DNA of 64,000 nt from a virus. Each line of letters opens with the position of its first letter. Within the stretch, counting starts at the first letter, position 1. The stretch spans positions 64,001 to 128,000 of the IMG/VR virus record IMGVR_UViG_3300042317_000390, one strand, 5' to 3'. Under the pieces are notes generated by a model. That model saw nothing but the letters and a program-made list of their open reading frames with translations, was not told the DNA's origin and made no database searches. The translations under genes were made by a program, and so were the position numbers. Positions 25,606 to 35,735 of the stretch are shown here, in pieces.

Positions 25606-28600
25606 ATGCCTTTTAAAACAGACTTCAATGTGGCTCCATATTTTGATGATTATAACGAGTTAAAGAATTATCATCGAATTATGTTCAGACCCTCTGTTGC
25701 GGTTCAAGCCAGAGAGTTAACACAATCACAAACAATTTTACAAAACCAGATCGAAAGATTTGGTAATTGGGCTTTTAAAAGCGGTGATATTGTTGAAGGT
25801 TGTATTATTACTGATATTCCTGTTTTACCATACGTTAGATTAGCAGACTTCGCTTCAAATGGTTCCGCTAATAGTGTTGCTTTAAACGTTGTTGATTTAA
25901 TCAATACTGTAGCCACTAGCGTAACTAGCAATCTAAAAGCTCAGGTTCTATTCGCCAATGCTGGATTCTCTACAAGCTATCCAGATAATAATATTCTCTA
26001 TCTAAAATATTTAAATACAGGCACAGGTGGAGAAGCATTATATTCTAATAGTGACCTATTAACATTTGAGCAAGTAACTACCTCTGGTAATGTTGCGATT
26101 GCTAACGTTTATACTTTCGCTAATACCACACCAGGTCAGAACACCACTGGCAATTCTCATGGTATTTCGGTTTCTGATGGAATTATCTTCATCAATGGTG
26201 CTTTCGTAAGAGTATCAAACTCAACATTTGGTCTTGTTAATAATTTCGGAACATATGCTGGTAATAATGTTGTTGCTTTCGATCTAAACGAAACTATTGT
26301 TACAGAAAACCAAGATACTTCACTATTAGATAACGCTCTTGGATATACTAACGAAAATGCACCAGGCGCTCATCGTCTAAAATGCGTTCCAACACTAATT
26401 TCCATAGACCCATCAGAAATCACTGGTAATAATACAATTAACCCTATCGCCATTTACAATTTTGGCGCATTGGTTAAGAAAGATACTCAGAATAAACTTT
26501 ATTCTACAATCGGTGATATTGTTGCTACCAGAACTTACGAAGAATCTGGTAACTATGTTGTTAATCCATTCGCAGTTGATACTATCAGCCTTCCACCCAC
26601 TGGTGGAGCAATTAGCTTCAATTCAAATAACGTATTTGGTAGAATCAATCCCGGTTCTGGTTATGCTCAAGGTTATAGAGTCAACTTAGATGCTACCACA
26701 TATATTAATATGCGTCGTGGTATCGATACAAAGACGAACCTAACGCAGCAGATTACATTTAATTACGGTGGTTACTTCATATTAAACGAAGTTGCCGGTA
26801 GCTTTGATTTCACTAAAGCACAGACTGTAACTCTATATGATACACCACAACAGGCTGTAACTACCAGAACATATTGCAATGTATCACCAACTGGCAATGC
26901 TATCGGTACAGCATCCGTTAGATGTTTCAATTACGCTGGTGGTGTATTAGGTTTAGCAGATACTTCATATTCTTTACACGTCTTTAATATTAAACTCAAT
27001 ACCGGTTATAATATTAATCAGATTAAATCTGTTTATTATGGAACAGGCACAAAGGCAGTCGGTGACGTTGTTTCGAATGGCATCGTTGGTTCTGCTTCCA
27101 AAGAACAATTGTATAGCTTTGGTCTAGGTGGAATAAAGACCGTAGAATATACAAGCACAAACTATGTTTATAGAAAGTTAATCACTGGTCAGAGCATGAA
27201 TACCAGTGGTGTTATTTCTGTAACTTTACCAACGTCTGCCCAAGGTGGTATTGACGAGTTACCATATAGCGCTTCTTTAGTTCCTTTGACAGATCTACAA
27301 GCATCTAACTTTATGTTAATATGCGCAGCAGACGTTGATAGTTCTAATAACCCAGCCGGTGGTACTGCTAGTATTTCTTCTACATCAACCACGGTAACTG
27401 GTAGCTCTACAACGTTTACGACGAAATTCTTCCCTGGTGATAATATTAAAGTTGGCGCTAATTATAGAAAAGTTGTTAGCGTATCGAATAATACGGTCAT
27501 GACCGTTGACGCTGTATGGCCATCCAGTCTATCTGGTCAAACATATAAAAAGAGCTACATTAAGGGTCAAATTCTACCAATCACACAGTATGGTGATAAT
27601 GTTACCTCTACAATTTTAATCAATGATTCAACAACATTCACTATTAATTCTGGACAAATCCCAAGCACTACGTTATCGGTTGATGTTATATTAAACGTTC
27701 TTAGAACTCAGGTAAAGCCTGCAACTAAGGACATTTATAAAGATCGATTCGTTAAGATTAAAGTTGCTAATAGCGTAGGCGGTCCAAATGGTCCATGGTG
27801 CCTTGGTGTTGGTGACGTTCATAAGATTTCGAAGATTTACTCTTCAACTGATGGCTCTTTCAGCACGTCCAACATTGACGCAACTGCGGATTTCATTTTA
27901 GACACAGGACAGAAAGATACCCACTACGATTACGGATATATCTATTCAAGATATGGTTCTTTAGATCCAAATACTTGTTTATTAGTACAAATGGATTATT
28001 TCAACGCTAATACTCAGCAGGGTATTGGATTCTTTACAGTTGATTCTTATCCAGTTGATGATGCTAATACAGCAAATACTAATGCTATTCAGACTAAAGA
28101 TATTCCTCTCTATGTCGATGAGGCTGGAACTAAGAGATATTTAAGAGATTATATCGATTATAGAACTCCAGCTAATAACACGGCTAATAATACTGGAACG
28201 TGTAATACAGCTAATGTTACACAGCTTACCGCTGCTCTTTCTTATGCTACAGTTAATCCATCTGCTACTCTAACTTTCAAGTATGATTCAACTTATGGAT
28301 TAGACGTTCCATCTTATGGTGAGAACTTCGAAGCAAACTATACCTATTATCTACCAAGAAAAGATTTGATCTATATTACGGCTGATAATAAGGTTAAGGT
28401 TAAGGAAGGTCTATCTTCAGCTAATCCTCAGAAGCCACTATATCCTGAGAACGCTATGGCGGTTGCTGTTCTTAACGTTCCTCCATATCCATCCTTATCT
28501 TCTGATGAAACCGATGGAATGAGAGCATTAAACGCATCAGCTAAAAATCTAATTAGAGATACCAACACCGCAATTTCATCAACGATTGTAACAAATCGTC

Positions 28601-29616
28601 GTTATACGATGAGAGACGTTGGTAAGCTAGACCAAAGAATTACCAATCTTGAATATTACACGCAGCTTTCTTTACTAGAGAAAAAGGCAACAGATCTAAC
28701 TGTTACAGATGCTAACGGCCTAGATCGTTTCAAGAATGGTATTTTCGTAGATCCATTCAGCAACTTCTCTCTATCTGATGTATCTAACCCAGAATTCAAT
28801 ATTGCTATCGATGCCCAGAAGGGTGTTGCTAGACCTGCTATCGTAAGAGAAGTTGTAAAAATTAAATTCAATGATGGTAGTACAACTGCTGTTACAAATA
28901 GCTCTGGAACTTTCTATGTTGACTATGTTAATAACGTCCAAAAAACGGGTCGTTCTATCACACTACCATACGATGAGATTTCATTCTTAAGACAACCTTA
29001 TGCAACTAAATATAGAAGTTCTGCTCTCGTAGCATTTGCTTGGAATGGAACTGTTATTCTGATCCCATCTTATGATAATCACGGCGACACTATCAATACT
29101 GGTTCTATGAATATTGTTATTGACAACGCTACACCATGGAGAGATTTCGCCCAAAGCCCATTCGGTCAGACGTGGGGTGATTGGAGAACATCAGTTTCTT
29201 CCGTTAGTAATAGCGTTATCCATCAGGTTACAAGAGACGTTAATCTTGGTTACGTCGCTGGTGGTACAAATGCAGGCGCAGTTGCCGCTAACATTTGGAC
29301 GTATCTTGGTCAGGCTGGTTATAACCCAACCGATTTCACTATCGGCAACCAGAATATCCAATGGACAGGATCTGATATTAGACTAAAACGTGAGATTAGA
29401 TTCTTGAAGAAACTGGTTAACGGAATTAATCTATATATCTTTAAGTATATCTGGAGTGACATTCTATACGTTGGCGTTATGGCTCAGGAAGTACAAAGAG
29501 TCATACCAGAAGCAGTTAGAGCAAATCAAAACGGATTGCTTTCTGTTAGTTATCCAGCTATTGGAATTAAGTTTGAGACATATGAAGATTGGAAAACCAA
29601 TAATTCTATGATTTAA
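25606..29616 (+). CDS. Large virion structural protein (DUF4815/VrlC-like), N-terminal part, ending in a peptidase S74-like chaperone domain
   Basis: N..PY.DDY...K.Y.R..FRP..AVQARELTQ.Q.ILQNQ, NRRYTMRD.G, RFKNG.FVD.F. C-terminal SDIRLKREI...GV.AQEV....P.AV......V.Y. Confidence 0.8.
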   Translation: MPFKTDFNVAPYFDDYNELKNYHRIMFRPSVAVQARELTQSQTILQNQIERFGNWAFKSGDIVEGCIITDIPVLPYVRLADFASNGSANSVALNVVDLINTVATSVTSNLKAQVLFANAGFSTSYPDNNILYLKYLNTGTGGEALYSNSDLLTFEQVTTSGNVAIANVYTFANTTPGQNTTGNSHGISVSDGIIFINGAFVRVSNSTFGLVNNFGTYAGNNVVAFDLNETIVTENQDTSLLDNALGYTNENAPGAHRLKCVPTLISIDPSEITGNNTINPIAIYNFGALVKKDTQNKLYSTIGDIVATRTYEESGNYVVNPFAVDTISLPPTGGAISFNSNNVFGRINPGSGYAQGYRVNLDATTYINMRRGIDTKTNLTQQITFNYGGYFILNEVAGSFDFTKAQTVTLYDTPQQAVTTRTYCNVSPTGNAIGTASVRCFNYAGGVLGLADTSYSLHVFNIKLNTGYNINQIKSVYYGTGTKAVGDVVSNGIVGSASKEQLYSFGLGGIKTVEYTSTNYVYRKLITGQSMNTSGVISVTLPTSAQGGIDELPYSASLVPLTDLQASNFMLICAADVDSSNNPAGGTASISSTSTTVTGSSTTFTTKFFPGDNIKVGANYRKVVSVSNNTVMTVDAVWPSSLSGQTYKKSYIKGQILPITQYGDNVTSTILINDSTTFTINSGQIPSTTLSVDVILNVLRTQVKPATKDIYKDRFVKIKVANSVGGPNGPWCLGVGDVHKISKIYSSTDGSFSTSNIDATADFILDTGQKDTHYDYGYIYSRYGSLDPNTCLLVQMDYFNANTQQGIGFFTVDSYPVDDANTANTNAIQTKDIPLYVDEAGTKRYLRDYIDYRTPANNTANNTGTCNTANVTQLTAALSYATVNPSATLTFKYDSTYGLDVPSYGENFEANYTYYLPRKDLIYITADNKVKVKEGLSSANPQKPLYPENAMAVAVLNVPPYPSLSSDETDGMRALNASAKNLIRDTNTAISSTIVTNRRYTMRDVGKLDQRITNLEYYTQLSLLEKKATDLTVTDANGLDRFKNGIFVDPFSNFSLSDVSNPEFNIAIDAQKGVARPAIVREVVKIKFNDGSTTAVTNSSGTFYVDYVNNVQKTGRSITLPYDEISFLRQPYATKYRSSALVAFAWNGTVILIPSYDNHGDTINTGSMNIVIDNATPWRDFAQSPFGQTWGDWRTSVSSVSNSVIHQVTRDVNLGYVAGGTNAGAVAANIWTYLGQAGYNPTDFTIGNQNIQWTGSDIRLKREIRFLKKLVNGINLYIFKYIWSDILYVGVMAQEVQRVIPEAVRANQNGLLSVSYPAIGIKFETYEDWKTNNSMI

Positions 29617-29627
29617 CGGAGATTAAA

Positions 29628-32597
29628 TTGGCAAGTTTATCTACAAATACTACAACTACGGTAACAACAACTACATCTGATAGATCTGGTTTTCAGTTAC
29701 AGGTAGACTCTCAGGCCAATACCATTTCGGTTGGTGATTACGTTACTGACGTTTCTATTCAGCCTTATATTGCTCCTAGAATTATTTCTTTTCTTGCTTA
29801 TAATATGCGTCCTAATCACAGAATGCATATCTTCTTTGATAGCATTAACGTTGACGATTTTTGCGCTCCAGCGGTCAGAACTGTATCTAACACCTATAAC
29901 ACAGCTATCACCAACACTTCTGATTATAATAGCATACCTAGAAACGGTAACTGGGGAACGGCTATTTACAGTGATGTTAACGGTGTAGTTGCAGGTCAGT
30001 TTGCTATTCCAGAAGCTACATTCAGAACTGGCGACAGAAACCTACAAATTTCAGACGTTGATAGCTTATCTTTAGGTAATACGGCTTTTACAACAATTTG
30101 TTCCGGTAGATTTACAGCATCAAATCTAAGCGTTTCAAAACGAGCTATCACACTAACGACAGTAAATCCACAACTTTCTTATCAACCCATTGAAGAAAGA
30201 GTTGTTACTACAAATACTAGTGTTACCGTTCAATCTATTCCTGATATTCTAAACGTAACAGCTTTCTATGAACCTATCGCTCAGTCCTTGACGATTAATA
30301 CATATGATGGTCAAGCTGGTATTTACGCTACAGCTCTAGATATTTACTTTAAACAGAAATCTCAAATTTCTACTAACGGCGTAACTGTTTATCTTTGCGA
30401 AGTTGATAACGGCTATCCAAATGGTAATGCCATTCTTCCATTCTCAACGGTTCACTTAAATAGCAGCCAGATTTCTGCCAGCAACGATGCAACTGTTCCT
30501 ACTACTTTCCGTTTTGAATCTCCAGTGTTCTTAGCTAACGGAAAACAATATGCTTTTATCGTTAAACCAGATGCCAATGACCCAGACTATTATGTTTATA
30601 GTGCTAATTTAGGTGACATTGATATCACAACTGGCGCACAGGTATTCAGTCAGCCAACAATAGGCACTGCGTTCTACGGCGCTACTATGAATCAGTGGAC
30701 TGCTCTACAGACAGAATATATTAAGTTTGAACTGAAGAGAGCAAGCTTTAATCAGAACTCAGGTAACGCATATTTCAATAATATTGATACAGATTTTATT
30801 GAAATATATAATCTATCTTATGTTAATACATCAGCTGGTGTATTGCCAGGCGATTATGTATTCGATTGCGACCAGAATAACTTTAATATTGTAGCTAACA
30901 CTACAGGATTTAATAATAGCACTGATGTTATTAAGATCACTAACGCTAATACATACATTAAATTATACGATAGAGTATACTATAGCGTTCCAGCGGCAAA
31001 TACTCCTATTGCCCCACTAACTGGCAATTCTTATTACTATGTAAGTTTCGTAAACACATCATCGGTTGCGCTTTCTTCTACGGTTGGTGGTGCTAATATT
31101 GATATTACCGATACTAGAACAACAGCTACAGCCGAAACACACGTTATTAAATCGTTGAAGGCTAATACTAGCATCTACGGTTCATTGAATTATTTTGATA
31201 CCGTTAAGAGCTTATTGTACGTAGATGATACAACTGGTAACTTTAAAGAAAATTCAAATATCCAGATTCATAGATTTGCTAATTCAACGGCTATCTCAAG
31301 CGTTGGACCTAGCCATAATACCATGGTTGGTTTCGCAAACTCTTCAACTTTACATAACGTCGTATTAGACGCATTAGTTCCTCAGTTTGCATATATTACT
31401 CCAGCCGGAACTACCTTATCCTTTAATTATAAGGGAATGGCTAATACATACGCTGACTATTCTTCTGATGTAGAACAACCAATCATACCTGGGTATGAAG
31501 TAGAGTTTTTAGATAAACAGAGAATGGTAGCTAGTAGAACTAACGAAATTACATCTGGTGGTAGTAAGAAGTCTATGCAGATTCGTGCTAATCTAACCAC
31601 GGATTCTGAATATATTTCTCCCTTGATTGATACTGTTAGAAATCAAGAACTCGTTATTGGTAACGATGTTGACCCAGTATCGTTCAGTTACGAAGAACTC
31701 TTAAATAATGGCACATCAAAGTCAAAGTATATTTCACAGATTGTAACTTTGGCTACAGGTCAAGACGCTCAGGATATTAATATATCTCTAACGGCATTTA
31801 GACCACCAGGATCTGATATCAAGGTTTGGGTTAAGTTCCTAAATGGCGATGATACTGATCCTATGTCTTCAAAAACTTGGACTCCTTTAATTAATCAAAA
31901 CGATTCTTTCTATAGCGATCCAAGTAACCCATCAAACTTCAGCGAGTTCGTGTATACAGTCCCAGCAGCTTTTGGTATGATCCCAGTCGTTGGTACTATA
32001 ACTGCTGCCAACAGCAGTGCAACTGTTACAGGGTCTGGAACATCTTTTACTACAGATCTAAGCCCCGGTTGGTTCATAAACGTAAGAGCTAATACGTCAT
32101 TCAACGAAACCACGAGACAGATTCTATCAATTCAGAGCGATACGCAATTAACTTTAGATTTACCGTTTAATGGTAATTATACAAGTAATGTGTTCTTCTT
32201 AGCGGTTCCTCCAACTACAGCTTGGTTATCATCAAATACAACTACGGCTATAACTGGAACGGTTTCCACCTATACGACCAATAATGCTATTATTGGTAGC
32301 GGCACTGCCTTTACAACAGAATTGAATAGAGGTTCTATTCTATTGGTCAATAACGACGAACAAGTTGTCGTTTCGATTGCTAATGATACTTTCTTAAGCG
32401 TTGGAACGCCATGGACTTCTAATAATTCTGGAGTTAGTGCTTATTCAGTAACGCCAGCTGGATTGACATACCTAAACAGCAATTTCAACTTATACTCTAC
32501 CTTTAAGAGATTCCAGATTAAGATTGTTCTTCAGTCAGATGATACCTCTAAAGTTCCAGTATTAGATGATCTAAGAGTCTTAGCGTTACAACTATAA
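29628..32597 (+). CDS. Large virion structural protein (DUF4815/VrlC-like), C-terminal part
   Basis: TTG start after GGAG. P.AQS, D.YF..K, T.F.F.SPV.L, F..FQIKIV.......P...DLR.LA. Confidence 0.75.
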   Translation: MASLSTNTTTTVTTTTSDRSGFQLQVDSQANTISVGDYVTDVSIQPYIAPRIISFLAYNMRPNHRMHIFFDSINVDDFCAPAVRTVSNTYNTAITNTSDYNSIPRNGNWGTAIYSDVNGVVAGQFAIPEATFRTGDRNLQISDVDSLSLGNTAFTTICSGRFTASNLSVSKRAITLTTVNPQLSYQPIEERVVTTNTSVTVQSIPDILNVTAFYEPIAQSLTINTYDGQAGIYATALDIYFKQKSQISTNGVTVYLCEVDNGYPNGNAILPFSTVHLNSSQISASNDATVPTTFRFESPVFLANGKQYAFIVKPDANDPDYYVYSANLGDIDITTGAQVFSQPTIGTAFYGATMNQWTALQTEYIKFELKRASFNQNSGNAYFNNIDTDFIEIYNLSYVNTSAGVLPGDYVFDCDQNNFNIVANTTGFNNSTDVIKITNANTYIKLYDRVYYSVPAANTPIAPLTGNSYYYVSFVNTSSVALSSTVGGANIDITDTRTTATAETHVIKSLKANTSIYGSLNYFDTVKSLLYVDDTTGNFKENSNIQIHRFANSTAISSVGPSHNTMVGFANSSTLHNVVLDALVPQFAYITPAGTTLSFNYKGMANTYADYSSDVEQPIIPGYEVEFLDKQRMVASRTNEITSGGSKKSMQIRANLTTDSEYISPLIDTVRNQELVIGNDVDPVSFSYEELLNNGTSKSKYISQIVTLATGQDAQDINISLTAFRPPGSDIKVWVKFLNGDDTDPMSSKTWTPLINQNDSFYSDPSNPSNFSEFVYTVPAAFGMIPVVGTITAANSSATVTGSGTSFTTDLSPGWFINVRANTSFNETTRQILSIQSDTQLTLDLPFNGNYTSNVFFLAVPPTTAWLSSNTTTAITGTVSTYTTNNAIIGSGTAFTTELNRGSILLVNNDEQVVVSIANDTFLSVGTPWTSNNSGVSAYSVTPAGLTYLNSNFNLYSTFKRFQIKIVLQSDDTSKVPVLDDLRVLALQL

Positions 32598-32600
32598 ATA
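32593..32600 (+). promoter_or_regulatory. Late promoter TATAAATA
   Basis: Exact consensus 19 nt before ATG 32620. Confidence 0.7.
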
Positions 32601-32619
32601 ATAGAGTCGGAGATATTAC

Positions 32620-32826
32620 ATGTATATCAAGACAGACGTAGAGGGTTTGGTAAAGGATTCGAAATCTGGCGCAATATTGAATGTAGATAATTCGAAATTA
32701 GAAGCTTATAAAAAGCAGAAGAATTTCATGGAAAACAATATGCGCAACAGTGACAGAATCAATAAAGTTGAGAGAGATCTCAATGAAATTAAAGAAATGC
32801 TAAGCCAATTATTACAGAGAAGTTAA
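32620..32826 (+). CDS. Small coiled-coil protein
   Basis: LV.D..SGAI.N...Y...K....EIK.ML pattern and GGAG RBS. Confidence 0.75.
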   Translation: MYIKTDVEGLVKDSKSGAILNVDNSKLEAYKKQKNFMENNMRNSDRINKVERDLNEIKEMLSQLLQRS

Positions 32827-32829
32827 TAA

Positions 32830-35091
32830 ATGACCGTAACAGTTGCAAATACCGCAAATAATAATACTTTCGATTATTGGCGCAATAGAACCAATGAAAT
32901 AGCATATGCTTTATCAACATATGCTGTTACTGCTGGTGGTTCTAACGCAGCTGTTGGCGATGCTACTATCACTGGAATCTTTACTTCCAATAACTTAACT
33001 ACGAATACAGCCAATATCGTTTCTTCGGTTGTAATTGGTAACTCTACGATATCAACAGCTAATACAACTAGAGTTAATTCTAGTTACATATCTGTTGGTA
33101 ACACTATTACCAATACGATCATCACACCATCTGCTGTTAATACGTCTGCTACATATATTGGATCTAATCTATCGACCAATACTACAACTTTCTGGGTTGG
33201 TCCAACTACATCCAATGCTTATCTTAACAAGACAAATCTTGTAATCAACAGCCCAACTTCTAATATCGTAGTTAACGCAGCTTCGATTTACCTATCAAAT
33301 AACGATTCTCAGGCTCTATTAACGCCTCTTGATCTGACGATTGGTAATAGTATTGTTAATACAACAATTATTACAACAGGCGCTGGTGGTTTAATCGCTA
33401 ATACAACTGCTGTAAAGGTAGGCTCCAATGTTTACGTTAATACTTCAACAGTATTCGTAAGTAACAGCCTAACTAACGTTGTAATTAATACAACATCGTT
33501 TGCTCTTGGTAATAGCGTAAACACGACGATTAACTCGTCATCTATGTCTTCTTATAACGTATATCTTGGCTCAAACGTCATTGCTAATACGTCTACGTTG
33601 TTTATCGGTAATAGCACTATCTATTCAGTAACGAACTCAACCGTTACTGCTATGGGTAATTCTAGCGTTAATACAACTATCAATTCTTCTTCTATTGCTA
33701 CAACTTGGGGCTTCTATGCTAACGATACTGGAATTATCGTTCCAGGTTTAATTACAGGTACGATTAACACTCCAGCTATCGCTTTTGGTACAGGCACAAC
33801 TAATACTGTAATTAATACCACATCGTTTGTAGCATCAAACTCTACTGCTAATACAACAGTAACAGCACTAACGATTTCAACAAGAGGCTCATTAAGCGTA
33901 GCCAACGCTATAATCGAACTTGGATTAGCAGGTAGTGGTTACGCTAACGTTAAGAATGATCTTTTTGTTAGAGGTAATCTAGTTGTTAATGGTAGTTTAA
34001 CGTATACGGGTAACGCAGTTGGTGATCTAATTCCATCAACCGATAGCGTTTACAGCCTTGGTAATACATCAAATAAATGGTTTAACATTGTTGCTAACAC
34101 TCTTTATATCTCTAATAACGCAACAGTTAATAATAACCTAACAGTTACAACGTCTTTAACAGTTGGTGGTGGTACAGGTAATTCGTTTGTTAATTCAACC
34201 GCTCTAAATGTTAACGGCTATCTAATTGCCAACTCAACCGGCGCTTATGGTATTGGTACAGTTAACGCTGTATCTTATACGATTGGTTCTTCTTCGGTTT
34301 CAAATAGTTCTGGTATCTTTATTGCTAATACTACAGGAACTGTTAATACCGCTACGTTCTCTGTTGGAACTGCATTTACGGCCAATTCAACTCTAGTTAA
34401 CGCTGTAGCCATTAACGTTGTTAATCAGGTTAATACTGCTACTCTATACGCTATAACATCAGCTAATATTGCTTCTGCATTCCTAGCTAATTCTACTGGT
34501 GCTTATCACACAGGTACAATTAATGCTGCGTCTTATACAGTAGGAACTACATTTGTAGCTAACTCAAGCTTCGTTAATGCTGTAGCCCTAAATGTTGTTA
34601 ATACATTAAATGTTGGCGGAACTGCTACAAACGTATCTGCTAATTCTACATCGATTAAAATTGCTAACTCTACAACTAGCATTACTATCGTAAACCCAAC
34701 CACTTCCCAGATAGCCCAAGGAAATACCTTCCTTAACGCTAATGGATCTTGGGCAGCTCTACCAACGATTCCAATTTATAACGCTGCTATCACCACAACC
34801 GGTACATCAACGCAGCTTATTGATAGTTATTCGGTCGTTACAGGTTTTGGTGCTGAATATGTTGTTCATGTATTCGATAATAACGCCAATAACAGAACTA
34901 TGTCTAAGCTATTAACTGTTCACGATAGAGGTAATGCTTACGTTACAGAATATGCTCAGCTTGTTACGAACAACGTATTGGGTATATTCTCTGCTAATAT
35001 TGCTGCTAACCTTACGCACGTTGTATTGAACTTTACACCAGCTGGTGCGTATACTAATACAACTGTAAGATTCTTTAGGACTGCTCTATAA
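32830..35091 (+). CDS. Tail fibre-like structural protein, Asn/Thr/Ser-rich
   Basis: TF..WR..TN.I N-terminal anchor motif, long beta-repeat shaft, C-terminal ID...AEY...H....AY.TEY domain. Confidence 0.75.
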   Translation: MTVTVANTANNNTFDYWRNRTNEIAYALSTYAVTAGGSNAAVGDATITGIFTSNNLTTNTANIVSSVVIGNSTISTANTTRVNSSYISVGNTITNTIITPSAVNTSATYIGSNLSTNTTTFWVGPTTSNAYLNKTNLVINSPTSNIVVNAASIYLSNNDSQALLTPLDLTIGNSIVNTTIITTGAGGLIANTTAVKVGSNVYVNTSTVFVSNSLTNVVINTTSFALGNSVNTTINSSSMSSYNVYLGSNVIANTSTLFIGNSTIYSVTNSTVTAMGNSSVNTTINSSSIATTWGFYANDTGIIVPGLITGTINTPAIAFGTGTTNTVINTTSFVASNSTANTTVTALTISTRGSLSVANAIIELGLAGSGYANVKNDLFVRGNLVVNGSLTYTGNAVGDLIPSTDSVYSLGNTSNKWFNIVANTLYISNNATVNNNLTVTTSLTVGGGTGNSFVNSTALNVNGYLIANSTGAYGIGTVNAVSYTIGSSSVSNSSGIFIANTTGTVNTATFSVGTAFTANSTLVNAVAINVVNQVNTATLYAITSANIASAFLANSTGAYHTGTINAASYTVGTTFVANSSFVNAVALNVVNTLNVGGTATNVSANSTSIKIANSTTSITIVNPTTSQIAQGNTFLNANGSWAALPTIPIYNAAITTTGTSTQLIDSYSVVTGFGAEYVVHVFDNNANNRTMSKLLTVHDRGNAYVTEYAQLVTNNVLGIFSANIAANLTHVVLNFTPAGAYTNTTVRFFRTAL

Positions 35092-35423
35092 TGGCAACAA
35101 AAGCTAATCTAGTAATAGATCAAGGAAGTACATTTTCAGTAGATTTGGATCTCACAGATGAAAACGGTGACATCTTAAGTCTTGATGGTTTTACGGCTAA
35201 TTCTCAGTTAAGAAAATGGTATACGTCTTCAAACTCTACAGCATTTTCAACTTCTGTTAACGCAGCTTCTGGTCAAGTAACTCTAACATTAACAGCCAAT
35301 CAAACTGGTTCTTTAACTGCTGGTAGATATGTATATGATGTTGAATTAACAGAAACATCAACTAATGCTATTTCTAGAGTTGTAGAGGGTATAGTAACAG
35401 TTACACCACAAGTTACGAGATAA
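35091..35423 (+). CDS. Small virion protein (fibre adaptor-like)
   Basis: NL.IDQG.TF...L..GRYVYDV....RV.EG..TV.P.VT pattern. Confidence 0.75.
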   Translation: MATKANLVIDQGSTFSVDLDLTDENGDILSLDGFTANSQLRKWYTSSNSTAFSTSVNAASGQVTLTLTANQTGSLTAGRYVYDVELTETSTNAISRVVEGIVTVTPQVTR

Positions 35424-35425
35424 TT

Positions 35426-35695
35426 ATGGTAAACGTAGTAGTATCTAGACGAAGAAATATAAAAGTTTCATCAAATTCCACTGCTGGGGTTATAGATACA
35501 ACTGTCCCTGTAACTCTAAAGAATGTACCGATAATAAGTAATGGTATCGATACCATAGACGAAATGCATGATGTTAATCTTACTCAAAGGAACGATGGCT
35601 CGACTTTAGTATATGATGAGCCTTCTGATACTTACGTTGTTAAGAAAATAGATTTTGGGGATATTGTGGGAGATCTTGATGGTGGAACCTTTTAA
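35426..35695 (+). CDS. Small virion protein ending LDGGTF
   Basis: C-terminal DGG.F motif shared with the next fibre gene. Confidence 0.7.
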   Translation: MVNVVVSRRRNIKVSSNSTAGVIDTTVPVTLKNVPIISNGIDTIDEMHDVNLTQRNDGSTLVYDEPSDTYVVKKIDFGDIVGDLDGGTF

Positions 35696-35735
35696 ATAAT
35701 AAATAGATTAAAAATCTAAGGGAGCCGAGCTTAAA

